Origin: an uncultured Anaerolineales bacterium
GTDB taxonomy: Bacteria > Chloroflexota > Anaerolineae > UBA1429
Length of the DNA: 64,000 bases
Assembly (NCBI GenBank): GCA_964482225.1
Contig: CAYZWT010000021.1
Coordinates: forward strand, 486 to 64,485
Direction: 5' to 3'
Shown here: positions 52,930 through 62,774 of the stretch, piece by piece
Numbering within the stretch: position 1 is the stretch's first letter
Layout of the letters: the number at the start of each line of letters is the position of its first letter
Position numbers and translations under genes: made by a program
The notes under the pieces: generated by a model
Database searches by the model: none
Seen by the model: the letters and a program-made list of their open reading frames with translations, nothing else
What the model was told of the DNA's origin: nothing

Positions 52930-53961
52930 ATGACGGCCAAGATGATGGCCTCGGTGTGGACGGGGCCCGAGCAGGTCGAGCTACGCGAGGTGGATCGCCC
53001 AGAGCCCGGCCCGGACGAGGCGCTGATCAAGGTGGCCTACGCCGGCATCTGCGGCACCGACCTGATGATCTACCTGGGCAAACACCCCCGCGCCAGGGCG
53101 CCCCTGATCATGAGCCACGAGTTTGTGGGCACCGTGGCCTCTGAGGGCGTCGAGGGCCTGCCCGTTGGTGCCCCCGTCGCCATCAACCCCCTCCTGAGTT
53201 GTGGCGAGTGCTCGGCCTGCCGGCGGGGCGTCGGGTATGTCTGTGAGCGCCTGGGCCTGGTGGGCATTGATCGCGACGGCGGTTTCGCCCAGTACGCCGC
53301 CGTCCCGGTGCACACCATCCGGCCCCTGCCCCGCTCGTTGTCCCTTGCGCGGGCGGCCATCATCGAGCCCCTGGCCGTGGCCGTACACGCCGTGCGCGTA
53401 TCGAACCTCAAGGTGGGCGATATCACGGCTGTGTTGGGGGCGGGGCCCGTGGGCATTCTGACGGCCCAAGTGGCGCGCCTCTCCGGCGCCCATGTGCTTG
53501 TCTCCGAGGTCAGCCCGCGCCGCCTGAACATCGCCCGGCGGTTGGGGTTGAGCGTCATAGATGCGCGCAGCGCCGACCCCGTGGCGGAGGTGATGCGCAT
53601 CACCAATGGAGAAGGCGCGCCGGTGGTGTTCGAGACCGCCGGCGTCCAGGCCACCATCAGCCAGGCGGGGCAGAGCGCCCGCATCCTGGGACAGGTGCTA
53701 CAAGTGGGCATGCCCAAGGCGCCGGTCGAGATGGACCTTACCCCCCTACTCTTTCGCGAGATCAACATCACGCCCATTCGCGTCTATCGCGAAGAGGATT
53801 TCGATCTGGCGATCCGGCTGGCCGCCGCCAACGTCCTGCAACTGGAGGAGCCGGTCACCCATATCCTGCCGTTGAACGAGCTGGAAAAAGGGATCCACCT
53901 GGCCCACGAGGCCACCGATGCCTGCAAAGTCCTGATCTCGCCGGGAGCGGAGGCAGCCTGA
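52930..53961 (+). CDS. Zinc-dependent medium-chain (sugar/polyol) dehydrogenase
   Basis: GICGTD, SHEFVG, CGECSAC...C, EPLAV, GAGPVG. Confidence 0.92.
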   Translation: MTAKMMASVWTGPEQVELREVDRPEPGPDEALIKVAYAGICGTDLMIYLGKHPRARAPLIMSHEFVGTVASEGVEGLPVGAPVAINPLLSCGECSACRRGVGYVCERLGLVGIDRDGGFAQYAAVPVHTIRPLPRSLSLARAAIIEPLAVAVHAVRVSNLKVGDITAVLGAGPVGILTAQVARLSGAHVLVSEVSPRRLNIARRLGLSVIDARSADPVAEVMRITNGEGAPVVFETAGVQATISQAGQSARILGQVLQVGMPKAPVEMDLTPLLFREINITPIRVYREEDFDLAIRLAAANVLQLEEPVTHILPLNELEKGIHLAHEATDACKVLISPGAEAA

Positions 53962-55055
53962 TGGAGAACAGCATGGACCGCATGAAGCAAGCCCTGCGCG
54001 CCCGCCTGGAGGCGCTCACGGCGCTGGACGGCGTCTCGGGGTTCGAGCAGGAGGTGGTGGCCTATCTGCAAGAGGCGTTTCGCGATTGCGCCGACGTCGT
54101 GCAGGTGGATCGCATGGGCAACCTGTATGCCCGCCGCCACGGGCGGGGGGCCGGGCCGCACCTGATGCTGGAGGCCCACTCGGATGAGATCGGCGGCATC
54201 GTCAAGAGCATTGACCCGCAGGGGTTCCTGCGGATGCAGCCGTTGGGCGGCGTCTCGCCCGCCATGCTAGTGGGGAGGCGCGTGCGGGTGCGCGGGCGCC
54301 TGGGCGTCATCGGCGTCAAATCCGGACACTTGCAGACCCCAGAGGAACGCAAGAGCGTGCTGGAGATTGGCGCCCTGTACATTGACCTGGGCGCCGCATC
54401 CGAAGCCGAGGTGCGCGCCCTGGGCATCTCTATCGGCGATCCCATCGCCTACCATAGCCCGCTCGCGGCGCTGGCCGGAGGCGACCGGGTCACCGGCAAG
54501 GCCATTGACAACCGCATCGGCTGCGCCATCTTGCTGGAACTGTTCCGCGACCTGGCAGATGAAACGCCCGCCGGCCCCATAGACGCCGTGATCTGCGTGC
54601 AGGAGGAGATCGGCTTGCGCGGCGCGCGGGTGGCCGCCTATACCGTGCAACCCGATTACGCCATCGTAATTGATACCTTTATGGCGGGCGACACGCCAGA
54701 CGTGGATTACCATCGCGAGATGCCCACGGCCATCGGCCAGGGGCCGGTGTTGCTGCTGGCCAATAGCGCTCACATTGGCCATCCGGCGGTGAACCGTTAT
54801 GTCCAGCAGGCTGCTGCCGCCGCGAGTGTGCCCCTGCAACTGGCCACCGTGGCGCAAGGCATGGCCGCCACCGACGCGGGCGCCATCCACCTGGCGCGCC
54901 GGGGGGTGCCCACGGCGGGCATCGGCCTGGCGCGGCGCTATTCTCACACGCCCATCTGCGTGCTGGACCTGAACGATGCGGCAGGCGCCTGGCGTCTGCT
55001 GCGCGCCTTTGTGGGTGATATGGAGCGCCACGCCGATCTGGCGTTCTTGCCCTAG
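53961..55055 (+). CDS. M42 family metallopeptidase
   Basis: GVSGFE, DRMGN, AHSDEIG, KAIDNR, QEEIGLRGA, TDAG, RYSHT. Confidence 0.92.
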   Translation: MENSMDRMKQALRARLEALTALDGVSGFEQEVVAYLQEAFRDCADVVQVDRMGNLYARRHGRGAGPHLMLEAHSDEIGGIVKSIDPQGFLRMQPLGGVSPAMLVGRRVRVRGRLGVIGVKSGHLQTPEERKSVLEIGALYIDLGAASEAEVRALGISIGDPIAYHSPLAALAGGDRVTGKAIDNRIGCAILLELFRDLADETPAGPIDAVICVQEEIGLRGARVAAYTVQPDYAIVIDTFMAGDTPDVDYHREMPTAIGQGPVLLLANSAHIGHPAVNRYVQQAAAAASVPLQLATVAQGMAATDAGAIHLARRGVPTAGIGLARRYSHTPICVLDLNDAAGAWRLLRAFVGDMERHADLAFLP

Positions 55056-55073
55056 CACAGGAGACCACGAACG

Positions 55074-57014
55074 ATGCACGGGCGCGCGACCGAACCTCAT
55101 GAGCGAGGCTCTGCCTGGACCAGTCTGCTGCTCGGTTTGGGCCTCACCACAACCCTGCTGCTCATGGTCTGCGGCCTGGCCGTGCTGGGCTACGGGCGAC
55201 GCTATGCAGAACGCATCCTGCCGGGCATCACCATCCAGGGCGTTCCGGTGGGCGGTCTGCTGCGCAAAGAGGCCCTGGCCCGCCTGGAGCAGGCCCTGGT
55301 GGTACAAGAGTTGCCCTACCTGACCTTGCGCGGCCCCGAGGGCGAATGGATCTATTCCACCGCCCACCTGGGCGGCTATCTCGCTTTCGAGCCCGCCGTG
55401 CGCGAGGCGTGGCAACTGGGCCGCAGCGGTCTCTTTCGCGAGGACATGGCGACCCGCATCCGGCTGCTATGGCTCGGCTACAATATCGTACCCACGTTTC
55501 ACCTGGAACCCGGGCTGGCGCTGACCCCGCTGCGCCAGATCGCGCGCCAGGCGGGGCGCCCTCCGCAACAGGCCCAGGTGTGGGTGGCGGGGATGCAGGT
55601 GCGCAGCGACGCCTCGCAAACAGGCCGCGACCTGGACATCGCTGCCAGCCAGGAGGCCATTGTGGTCGCGGTGCGCGCCGCCCTGGGCGCGTCGGGCTGG
55701 AGCCGCGAGCCTCTTTGGCTGCGCGCCCGCTACAACCGCCCCCCCAGCACCGGCCATTTCCCTGTGGAGACCATCCCCGTCGAGCTGGTCTTTTACGAGG
55801 TGGCCCTGCCACTGGCCGAGGTCTCGGAGGCCCGCCAGCAGGCCGAGATCATCCTGAGCGCGCCGGTCACCCTCTCGTACGAACACCCCATCTTGGGCCA
55901 GGGCGCCCTTGCCACCGAACGGCGCGCCTGGAGCATTGACCGCGCCCAGCTCAGCGCCTGGCTGCGCGTCGGTCTGCCCGAGGAGCAGGCCGGGGGCGCG
56001 CCCCAGGTGGCGCTCGATGAGGCCGCCCTGCGCGCCTTTGTGGAGGGATTGGCCCAAGAGATCGAGCGCCCCGCGCGCCAGGGCCGCTACCGCTATGACC
56101 CTGCCACGGCCGCCCTGAGTGTGAGGGAAGTAGAGCAGTACGGCCTGACCCTGGATGTGGAAGCAGCCCTTGATGCGCTGATCGCGGCCTGCCTCAGCCC
56201 GGAAGAGCGCCATGTGGCCCTGCCCGTGCAGGTGATCGCCCCCGATGTGACCCTGGCCCAGATCGAGGCGCTGTTGCCCCTGGAGCTGGTGAGCGAGGGG
56301 GAGACCGGCTTTGCCGGCTCTACCGACGCTCGCCTACACAACATCGAGGTCGCCACGGCCATGTTCGAGGGGCTGGCCATCGCCCCCCACGCGCGCTTTT
56401 CCATGGTCGAGCACCTGGGCCTGGTGACCCTGGCCAACGGCTATAGCGAGTCCTGGGTGATCTATGGCAACCAGACCTTGCTGGGGCCCGGCGGCGGCGT
56501 CTGCCAGGTGGCCACCACCCTCTTTCGGGCGGCCTTTTGGGGCGGCTACCCCATCATTGAGCGCACCCCGCACTCTTACCGCGTGTCCTGGTACGAGCCG
56601 CCCGTGGGCCTGGACGCCGCCGTCTTTACCCCCTGGGTGGATGTCAAGTTCGACAACGACACCGCCACCCCCCTCTTGATCCTGACCGAGGTGGACCGGG
56701 CCAACTCCAAGCTGTACTTTCGCCTCTACGGGCGCTCGGTGGGGCGCACGGTGCGCATCGAAGGCCCCACCCTGGGGCCCGCCATCCCGCCGGGGCCCGA
56801 TATAATCGAGACCGACCCGACCCTGGCGCCGGGCGAACGGGTATTGATCGAGCGCGCCCGCGATGGCGTGCAGGTCACGGTGTATCGCCTGATCGAGGTG
56901 AACGGACAGCAGGTGGCCCGCGAACGCTTTTTCAGCGACTATCAGCCCTGGCCGGCCCGCTATCGCGAGGGGCCAGCTCCGGCGGGCGAGGCGGATACCC
57001 AGAGCGGAGGATAG
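55074..57014 (+). CDS. VanW family protein with N-terminal anchor and putative peptidoglycan-binding repeats
   Basis: TM, ILPGITI.GV.VGGL, R.HNI, GGGVCQVATTLFRA, ERTPHSY, GLDA, D.KF.NDT. Confidence 0.88.
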   Translation: MHGRATEPHERGSAWTSLLLGLGLTTTLLLMVCGLAVLGYGRRYAERILPGITIQGVPVGGLLRKEALARLEQALVVQELPYLTLRGPEGEWIYSTAHLGGYLAFEPAVREAWQLGRSGLFREDMATRIRLLWLGYNIVPTFHLEPGLALTPLRQIARQAGRPPQQAQVWVAGMQVRSDASQTGRDLDIAASQEAIVVAVRAALGASGWSREPLWLRARYNRPPSTGHFPVETIPVELVFYEVALPLAEVSEARQQAEIILSAPVTLSYEHPILGQGALATERRAWSIDRAQLSAWLRVGLPEEQAGGAPQVALDEAALRAFVEGLAQEIERPARQGRYRYDPATAALSVREVEQYGLTLDVEAALDALIAACLSPEERHVALPVQVIAPDVTLAQIEALLPLELVSEGETGFAGSTDARLHNIEVATAMFEGLAIAPHARFSMVEHLGLVTLANGYSESWVIYGNQTLLGPGGGVCQVATTLFRAAFWGGYPIIERTPHSYRVSWYEPPVGLDAAVFTPWVDVKFDNDTATPLLILTEVDRANSKLYFRLYGRSVGRTVRIEGPTLGPAIPPGPDIIETDPTLAPGERVLIERARDGVQVTVYRLIEVNGQQVARERFFSDYQPWPARYREGPAPAGEADTQSGG

Positions 57015-57022
57015 GCGACCAC

Positions 57023-58120
57023 ATGGCACTACAACTCGGGCTGGTGGGGCTCCCCAACGTGGGCAAGAGCACCCTGTTCAACGCCCTCACGCGGGCCGGG
57101 GCCACGGTGGCCAACTATCCCTTTACCACCATTGACCCCAACATCGGCGTTGTGCCCGTGCCCGATCCGCGCCTCGACCGCATTGCCGAGATCATCCGCC
57201 CCCAAGAGGTGGTGCCCGCCACCTTGCGCGTGGTGGATATCGCCGGGTTGGTCAAGGGCGCCAGCCACGGCGAGGGTCTGGGCAACCAGTTCCTCTCTCA
57301 CATCCGCGCCGTGGATGCCATCGCCATGGTGGTGCGCTGTTTTCAGGACGAGAACATCGCCCATGTGACCGCCAGCCTGGACCCGGTGGATGACATCGAG
57401 ACGGTGCAACTGGAGCTGATCCTCTCGGATCTGGAGCTGGTGGAGCGCCAGATCGAGCGGGTGCAGGGCCGCGCCAAAGCCAACCCGCGCGAGTATGCGG
57501 GAGAGCTAGAGGCGCTCGAATCGCTCGCCCGGCGGTTGCGCGCCGGAGAAGGGCTGCGCCGGGCCGAGCTGAGCCCCGCCGAGCACGAGGCCAGCGCAGC
57601 GGTGGATCTGCTCACCACCAAGCCCCTGCTATACGTCGCCAATGTGGAGGAGGGCGATCTGCCCCAGGGGGGCGAGCTGGCTCGACGTGTGGCCGCCGTG
57701 GCCGCCGCCCAGGGCGCGCCCCTGGTGACCCTCTGCGCCGCACTGGAGGCCGAGCTGATCGAGTGGGAGCCCGCCGAAGCGCGAGCCTATGCCCAGGAGC
57801 TGGATCTGCAACGCGCCGGTCTCGAACGCTTTATCGAAGTGGGCTACTCGCTGCTGGATTACATCACCTTTTTCACCACCACCGGCGGCAAAGAGGTGCG
57901 CGCCTGGAACCTGCTGCGCGGCCAGACGGCGCTAGAGGCGGCAGGGCGTATCCATACCGACATGGCGCGCGGCTTTATCCGCGCCGAGGTCGTCCACTTT
58001 GATGCGCTGGATCGGGCCGGCTCCCTGGCCCATGCCCGCGAGGCCGGGGCCCTGCGCCTGGAAGGCCGCGATTATGTGGTGCAGGATGGCGATGTGCTCC
58101 ACATCCGCTTCAACGTCTAG
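57023..58120 (+). CDS. ychF: Ribosome-binding ATPase YchF
   Basis: GLVGLPNVGKSTLFNALT, ANYPFTTIDPN, DIAGLVKGAS.GEGLGNQFL, IHTD..RGFIRAE, FNV. Confidence 0.96.
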   Translation: MALQLGLVGLPNVGKSTLFNALTRAGATVANYPFTTIDPNIGVVPVPDPRLDRIAEIIRPQEVVPATLRVVDIAGLVKGASHGEGLGNQFLSHIRAVDAIAMVVRCFQDENIAHVTASLDPVDDIETVQLELILSDLELVERQIERVQGRAKANPREYAGELEALESLARRLRAGEGLRRAELSPAEHEASAAVDLLTTKPLLYVANVEEGDLPQGGELARRVAAVAAAQGAPLVTLCAALEAELIEWEPAEARAYAQELDLQRAGLERFIEVGYSLLDYITFFTTTGGKEVRAWNLLRGQTALEAAGRIHTDMARGFIRAEVVHFDALDRAGSLAHAREAGALRLEGRDYVVQDGDVLHIRFNV

Positions 58121-58193
58121 GGCGCAGCCTAGACAGACATAGGAAACGCAGGGTGCGCTGGGCCAACCCGGTGCGACTGATGGGCCCCGGGTT

Positions 58194-58223
58194 ACGGCCC
58201 TCACCTTTGGGGGTGAGGGCCGT
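58194..58223. terminator. Hairpin between convergent genes; matches the outer stem of the dispersed repeat
   Basis: ACGGCCCTCACC-TTTGGG-GGTGAGGGCCGT. Confidence 0.65.
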
Positions 58224-58233
58224 CGTCCCACCC

Positions 58234-59442
58234 CTACTCCGCGCGCCAGTGGAACGAGATCGGCGCCGCTTCCGGGCTGAGCGGCTCTGGATTCTGGCGG
58301 TCTTGCCCATCCACCACCCGCACACTCCAGGCATACCAGCCATCGGCGCCGATGGAGACCATGTGCCGCTCGACGCGGGTCAGGGTGCGGGCCTCGGGGT
58401 CGTCGCCTGCCGGACGCAGGATCACCTCAAAGAACTGGTCTGCCCCTAGCTCCCGGGCCCACTCCCAGCTCAGGATGATCTCAGCGCCCTCCAGTCGCGC
58501 ACCCTCATAGGGGCTGACCAAGGCGGGCGCCGCATATGGCAGCGGCTCTGCGGGCTCGGCGACCTCCTCGGGCGTCGTTGCCTCGGGGGTAGGCGTGGAC
58601 TCGACGGGAGGAAAGAACATCATCAGCAGATACTCTTGGAGATTGTCCATCTCCACGTGTATACCCGTGGCCCACACGGTCACGACAATCGCCAATAGGG
58701 CGATCAGCAGCGCCGGCCAGATGGGCGACCATCCTCGCCTGCGGTGGCGCTGGGCCTGTTGCTCTGACTCGGGGGGCGGCTTGGCGCCCTGCATCTCGGG
58801 CACCGGCGAAAACTGCCCTTGTCGCATCATCAGGATCGGCGCAGCGCCGGGCACGCGCGGCAGCCGCGCCAGCAGCGTCGCCGCCCGCCCGGCCGAACCC
58901 GCAAGCCTGACCACTCGACGCAACGCTCCCTCGCCCACGCGCTGGGCCACAGACTGCACGGTAACGAGCAGCACATCGCCCGTCACCAAACGCCATTGGG
59001 CGCTATAGATCGGCGGGATCTGCGGAGAGGTCGCCTGCCGGGTCATGGCGACGTGAGAGCCGCTTCGAGCGGCCTGGGCGTTGAACAAGTCGCGCACCAC
59101 GCCATAGCGCATCAGGCGCACCACCGCCTGATCGGTGCCCACCATGTTCAATTCGAGGCCGCGCAGCACCAGCGCCAGCGGAAGCTCGGCGGGCAAAGGG
59201 AGATGGTCTCGGTACGCCTGGGCCAGACAGTGCACAAGGGTTGGGATGGGGTCGTAGGTGCGGCTCTCATAGAACTCGCGGCACAGCCAGATCAGGGCCT
59301 CGCGATCCGCCTTGTCCGTCACCAACAAGACCAGGCGACCCTTGCGCTGCAACAGCAAAGGGTCGAGCTCCGGGTACAGCTCCTGGACCGACAGCGGCTG
59401 CGCACTGCCGGAATAGCCCAGATCGTCGCGTGGATTGCTCAC
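58234..59442 (-). CDS. Membrane protein: degenerate PP2C-like N-domain, TM, Pro/Thr linker, Ig/Fn3-like C-domain
   Basis: GTG start after GGAGG; PP2C-like spacing (G.LVLLVTD, FY....P...L, L..GDVLL); TM WSPIWPALLIALLAIVV; AP.LVSP..G...LSWEW...Y.WSV. Confidence 0.6.
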   Translation of the reverse strand: MSNPRDDLGYSGSAQPLSVQELYPELDPLLLQRKGRLVLLVTDKADREALIWLCREFYESRTYDPIPTLVHCLAQAYRDHLPLPAELPLALVLRGLELNMVGTDQAVVRLMRYGVVRDLFNAQAARSGSHVAMTRQATSPQIPPIYSAQWRLVTGDVLLVTVQSVAQRVGEGALRRVVRLAGSAGRAATLLARLPRVPGAAPILMMRQGQFSPVPEMQGAKPPPESEQQAQRHRRRGWSPIWPALLIALLAIVVTVWATGIHVEMDNLQEYLLMMFFPPVESTPTPEATTPEEVAEPAEPLPYAAPALVSPYEGARLEGAEIILSWEWARELGADQFFEVILRPAGDDPEARTLTRVERHMVSIGADGWYAWSVRVVDGQDRQNPEPLSPEAAPISFHWRAE

Positions 59443-59492
59443 CTGCCTGCCGCCTCCGCTGCGCCTACTGGCGCTCCCCATACTCACTATAC

Positions 59493-61541
59493 TCACTCGA
59501 GCGCAGCCAATGCTTCGGCCGCGATGCGGTACAAACCGGCCCGGGTGGCCACCCAGATCGCGCCTCGCCCATCGTACAGCACCCGCTGCGCCCCTGGCAC
59601 ATCCAGATAGGACCAGTCCGCCTCGGCGGGCTCGCGCCGCGAGATGCCTGCCTGGGTCGCCATCCACAGGTCGCCCAGCGGCCCCACCGCGACATCGCGC
59701 ATATCCATCGAGCGCAAGCCGCCGCCGGTGCTCTCGGTGGTAAAGCGGGTCCAGCGCCCATCGGCCCGCCGCCGGGCCAGCCCACGGGCGGTAGCCAGCC
59801 AGAGCGTGTCGTCCACATCCAGCGCCACAGCCCGTATATCTCTGCTGAGAGGCCCCTCGTCGCCATCGGTGAACAGGGTCTGGGTTCCATCGGGCTCCAC
59901 CCGGGCCAGCCCCTCGGCCGTCGCCACCCAGATGACGCCCTGGCCATCCACCACCAGGCCCCGGGGCAGCGCGCCGGTCCAGGCATAGATGTCGGCCACC
60001 GTCTCGACACCCTGGTCGCCCACGCGCAACAGGAGCCCCTCCGGCGTGCAGAGATACACCGTCTGCTCCGGCCCCAGGGTGACCGCCAGCACGGGCCCCT
60101 GATCATAGACGAACTCGAACGCTCCCCCTGCCACTTGGCGCCCAACACCCTGGGACGTTGCCGCCCACAGGCGCCCTTGGGCGTCGGCCCCCAGCCACTG
60201 GACGCCCTGGTCGGTCAAGAGGTCGGTCTGTCCCTGGTCGTCTATCCACGAGATGCCACGCGGCGTCCCCACATAGACCACCCCCTCGGCATCTATCGCC
60301 AGCCCGGTGATCTGGTTATCCGGCAGAGGCGAGGGGATCACCCACGGCCCATGCAGCTCTTGCGTCTCTGCATCGAGCCAGTATAGCCCTTGGTCGGTGC
60401 CCAGCCAGATGCGCGTCTGGCCCTCGCGCGCAAAGGAGAGCACGCTCACAGCGCCCAGATCATAGGTGCGAAACTGGCGCAAGGGAGCGCGATAGCTCAA
60501 GCGCCCGGCCCCACCTACCCACAGCGTGCCATCCCGATCCAACTCCAGTGCATAGACCTGGGGTGGGATGGCAGGGTTGATCTCGGCCAGATGCCCCTCC
60601 CAGCGCTGGACCGCCAGGTTGTAGCGGATCAGCCCGCCCCCCGCATGGTTGGCAAACCCGATCCAGACCGTGCCCTCGGCGTCCACCACCACATCGTGCA
60701 CATCGTCGGCGCCCGTCACCTCGGAGAAAAAGGTGTGGTCATCCCACCACAGCTCGCCCTCTTGGGCGGTGCTAACGCCCTGGCCCACGGCCCACACCTG
60801 GCCCTCGGGCGAGACCCCGACCCAGTGGCTCTGGGCGGTGACGCCATTGTCGGCGCCATAGACGCGCCAGCGCCCGCCATCATAGGCCTGGATAGAGCCG
60901 TCGCCGCGCGGCAGCCAGACCCAGGCGCTCTCGGGGCGCGTGGCCCACAGGCGGGGGTGGGTACGCTGCGCGCCCAGCAGGGTGGCATAGTTGGCCTCCA
61001 CCGCTTGACGCCGGGTGCTCCAGTGCTGCCATTCCTCGCCTTGGCGCACGGTCCAGCCGTCCACGTCCTCATAGCCCAGCCAGAGCCGCCCTTCGGCATC
61101 CAGCGCCAGGGCCGCCACCGCCTGCGAGGCCAGGCCATCGCGCACGGTATAGATGCGATAGTCGCCCTCGCCATGCCACTGCACCAGCCCCCCATAGGTC
61201 GCGGCCCAGAGGCTTGTCCCATCAAACAGCAGATCGTGGATGCTGTTCGGGTTGGACCAGTATTGCACGGCATCGCTGGTCAGATCGATGCGTTGGCCCG
61301 CCCACTCTGCCTCTGCCGGCTCCGGGCTCTGCGCCGGCGGCGCTTGGGTGGGCGTCGCGATGGCGGCCTGCGCCGGCGACGGGGTAGCCGTCAATCCGAG
61401 GGTGGGCGTGGCCGCCTGCACATGAGCCGTCGGCTCTGGCGGCACCCAAAAGGACAAGGCCGCACAGCCCGCCAGGCAGGGAAGCGCAGCCACAATTACG
61501 ATAAAGAATCGCACAAACCGAGGTCGGAATAGGTCAATCAC
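59493..61541 (-). CDS. Beta-propeller (two-component regulator propeller-like) lipoprotein
   Basis: LAGC lipobox, Pro/Thr linker, many repeats of D.EG.LW.(G/A)T..GL; start position uncertain (61541 or 61556). Confidence 0.78.
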   Translation of the reverse strand: MIDLFRPRFVRFFIVIVAALPCLAGCAALSFWVPPEPTAHVQAATPTLGLTATPSPAQAAIATPTQAPPAQSPEPAEAEWAGQRIDLTSDAVQYWSNPNSIHDLLFDGTSLWAATYGGLVQWHGEGDYRIYTVRDGLASQAVAALALDAEGRLWLGYEDVDGWTVRQGEEWQHWSTRRQAVEANYATLLGAQRTHPRLWATRPESAWVWLPRGDGSIQAYDGGRWRVYGADNGVTAQSHWVGVSPEGQVWAVGQGVSTAQEGELWWDDHTFFSEVTGADDVHDVVVDAEGTVWIGFANHAGGGLIRYNLAVQRWEGHLAEINPAIPPQVYALELDRDGTLWVGGAGRLSYRAPLRQFRTYDLGAVSVLSFAREGQTRIWLGTDQGLYWLDAETQELHGPWVIPSPLPDNQITGLAIDAEGVVYVGTPRGISWIDDQGQTDLLTDQGVQWLGADAQGRLWAATSQGVGRQVAGGAFEFVYDQGPVLAVTLGPEQTVYLCTPEGLLLRVGDQGVETVADIYAWTGALPRGLVVDGQGVIWVATAEGLARVEPDGTQTLFTDGDEGPLSRDIRAVALDVDDTLWLATARGLARRRADGRWTRFTTESTGGGLRSMDMRDVAVGPLGDLWMATQAGISRREPAEADWSYLDVPGAQRVLYDGRGAIWVATRAGLYRIAAEALAALE

Positions 61542-61704
61542 GGGGCCATGATACATGAGATGGGGCCTGGACGCAACTGTCGAGCGCGGCGCGAGACAGT
61601 TCCACGTCGGTTGCGGTATCTGTGGCAGCCGGATATACTGGGGGCATCTAGCCAAGCTGCTTTGGCGTGCTGCCAAGGCCCCACCCCACGAGGAGTGTGT
61701 CCCC

Positions 61705-62286
61705 ATGCCTTTTACCCTACTCATCGGCGGGCAAGCCCTTGATTTCTCCCTGCCCGCCACCGACGGCAAGACCTATACCCTGGCCGATTTCCGCGATGCC
61801 GAGACGCTGGTGGTCTTTTTCACCTGCAACCACTGCCCGTTCGTCCTCGGCTCTGACGAGGTGACCCGCGCCACCGCCGAGAAATACGCCGACAAGGGCG
61901 TCCGCTTTGTGGCCATCAACTCGAACTGGGTGGGCGTCCACCCCGAGGATAGCTGGGAGCACATGCTGGCCCGCATGGAGGAGCAGCAGTTCCCCTGGGT
62001 CTATCTGCACGACGAATCCCAAGAGGTGGCCCTGGCCTATGGCGCGCTGCGCACGCCTCACTTTTACGTGTTCGACCGCGACCGCAAGCTGGTCTACACC
62101 GGGCGCGGCGTGGATAGCCCCGCCGATGCGAGCCAGATGACGGTCAACGATCTGGACAATGCCCTGGCCGAGCACACCGCAGGCAAGCCGGTGAGCACAC
62201 CTCTGACCAACCCCATTGGCTGCAACGTCAAGTGGAAGGATCAGGACGAGCACTGGATGCCAGAAGAGGCCGTCAACCTGGTCTAG
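61705..62286 (+). CDS. AhpC/TSA-type thioredoxin-fold protein
   Basis: [37 protein letters not shown]; GAGGAG RBS. Confidence 0.9.
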   Translation: MPFTLLIGGQALDFSLPATDGKTYTLADFRDAETLVVFFTCNHCPFVLGSDEVTRATAEKYADKGVRFVAINSNWVGVHPEDSWEHMLARMEEQQFPWVYLHDESQEVALAYGALRTPHFYVFDRDRKLVYTGRGVDSPADASQMTVNDLDNALAEHTAGKPVSTPLTNPIGCNVKWKDQDEHWMPEEAVNLV

Positions 62287-62323
62287 CCATCCTGCCCGCG
62301 CAGGCGGCATGCAGGCTCTCCTG

Positions 62324-62566
62324 GAGGGCGGACGTCTCGTCCGCCCTCTGCCTCGAAAATAGAGGCTCACTCTGTGGGCGCCCACGGGGGGGGGGGTGCC
62401 CCTACAATAGGCGTTCTGTAGGGGCAGGCCCTGACGCGTGTATGCGTACGCATGTATGCGCAGCCTGCCCCCAGTACGGGCGTTGCGCCATTTTCATCCC
62501 TTGTGGTGCGCTATGCACATGTCCATCCACTCCGATGGTTGGGGCACGGCATGCCGTGCCCCGACT
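62324..62566. repeat. Cluster of REP-like palindromes
   Basis: 62324-62348 hairpin; 62376-62405 ...GTGCCCCTAC; 62418-62471 GTAGGGGCAGGC...GCCTGCCCC; 62541-62562 perfect palindrome GGGGCACGGCATGCCGTGCCCC. Confidence 0.75.
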
Positions 62567-62774
62567 GGCATTGGACTAACGGCCTAAAATAGACGCGGAT
62601 AATCCTCGCTTGAGCATGGAGCGCGGAGTTTTACTGCGCGCTCCCAGACTCGTGCCGTTTTCATTCTTCGTGGTGTCCAATCGGACATGGCGACTGCCTT
62701 GCTCAAGGCCAGGCTCATGTAGGGCCAAGGCGCAGCGCACCTTGCGGATGGGAATAGGAGGAGCCTGCTCCTGG

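Noticed and set aside
62232-62774. Plus-strand ORFs 62232-62579 and 62610-63407
   Set aside because: They run through REP palindromes or antisense to the phosphotriesterase gene; no motifs
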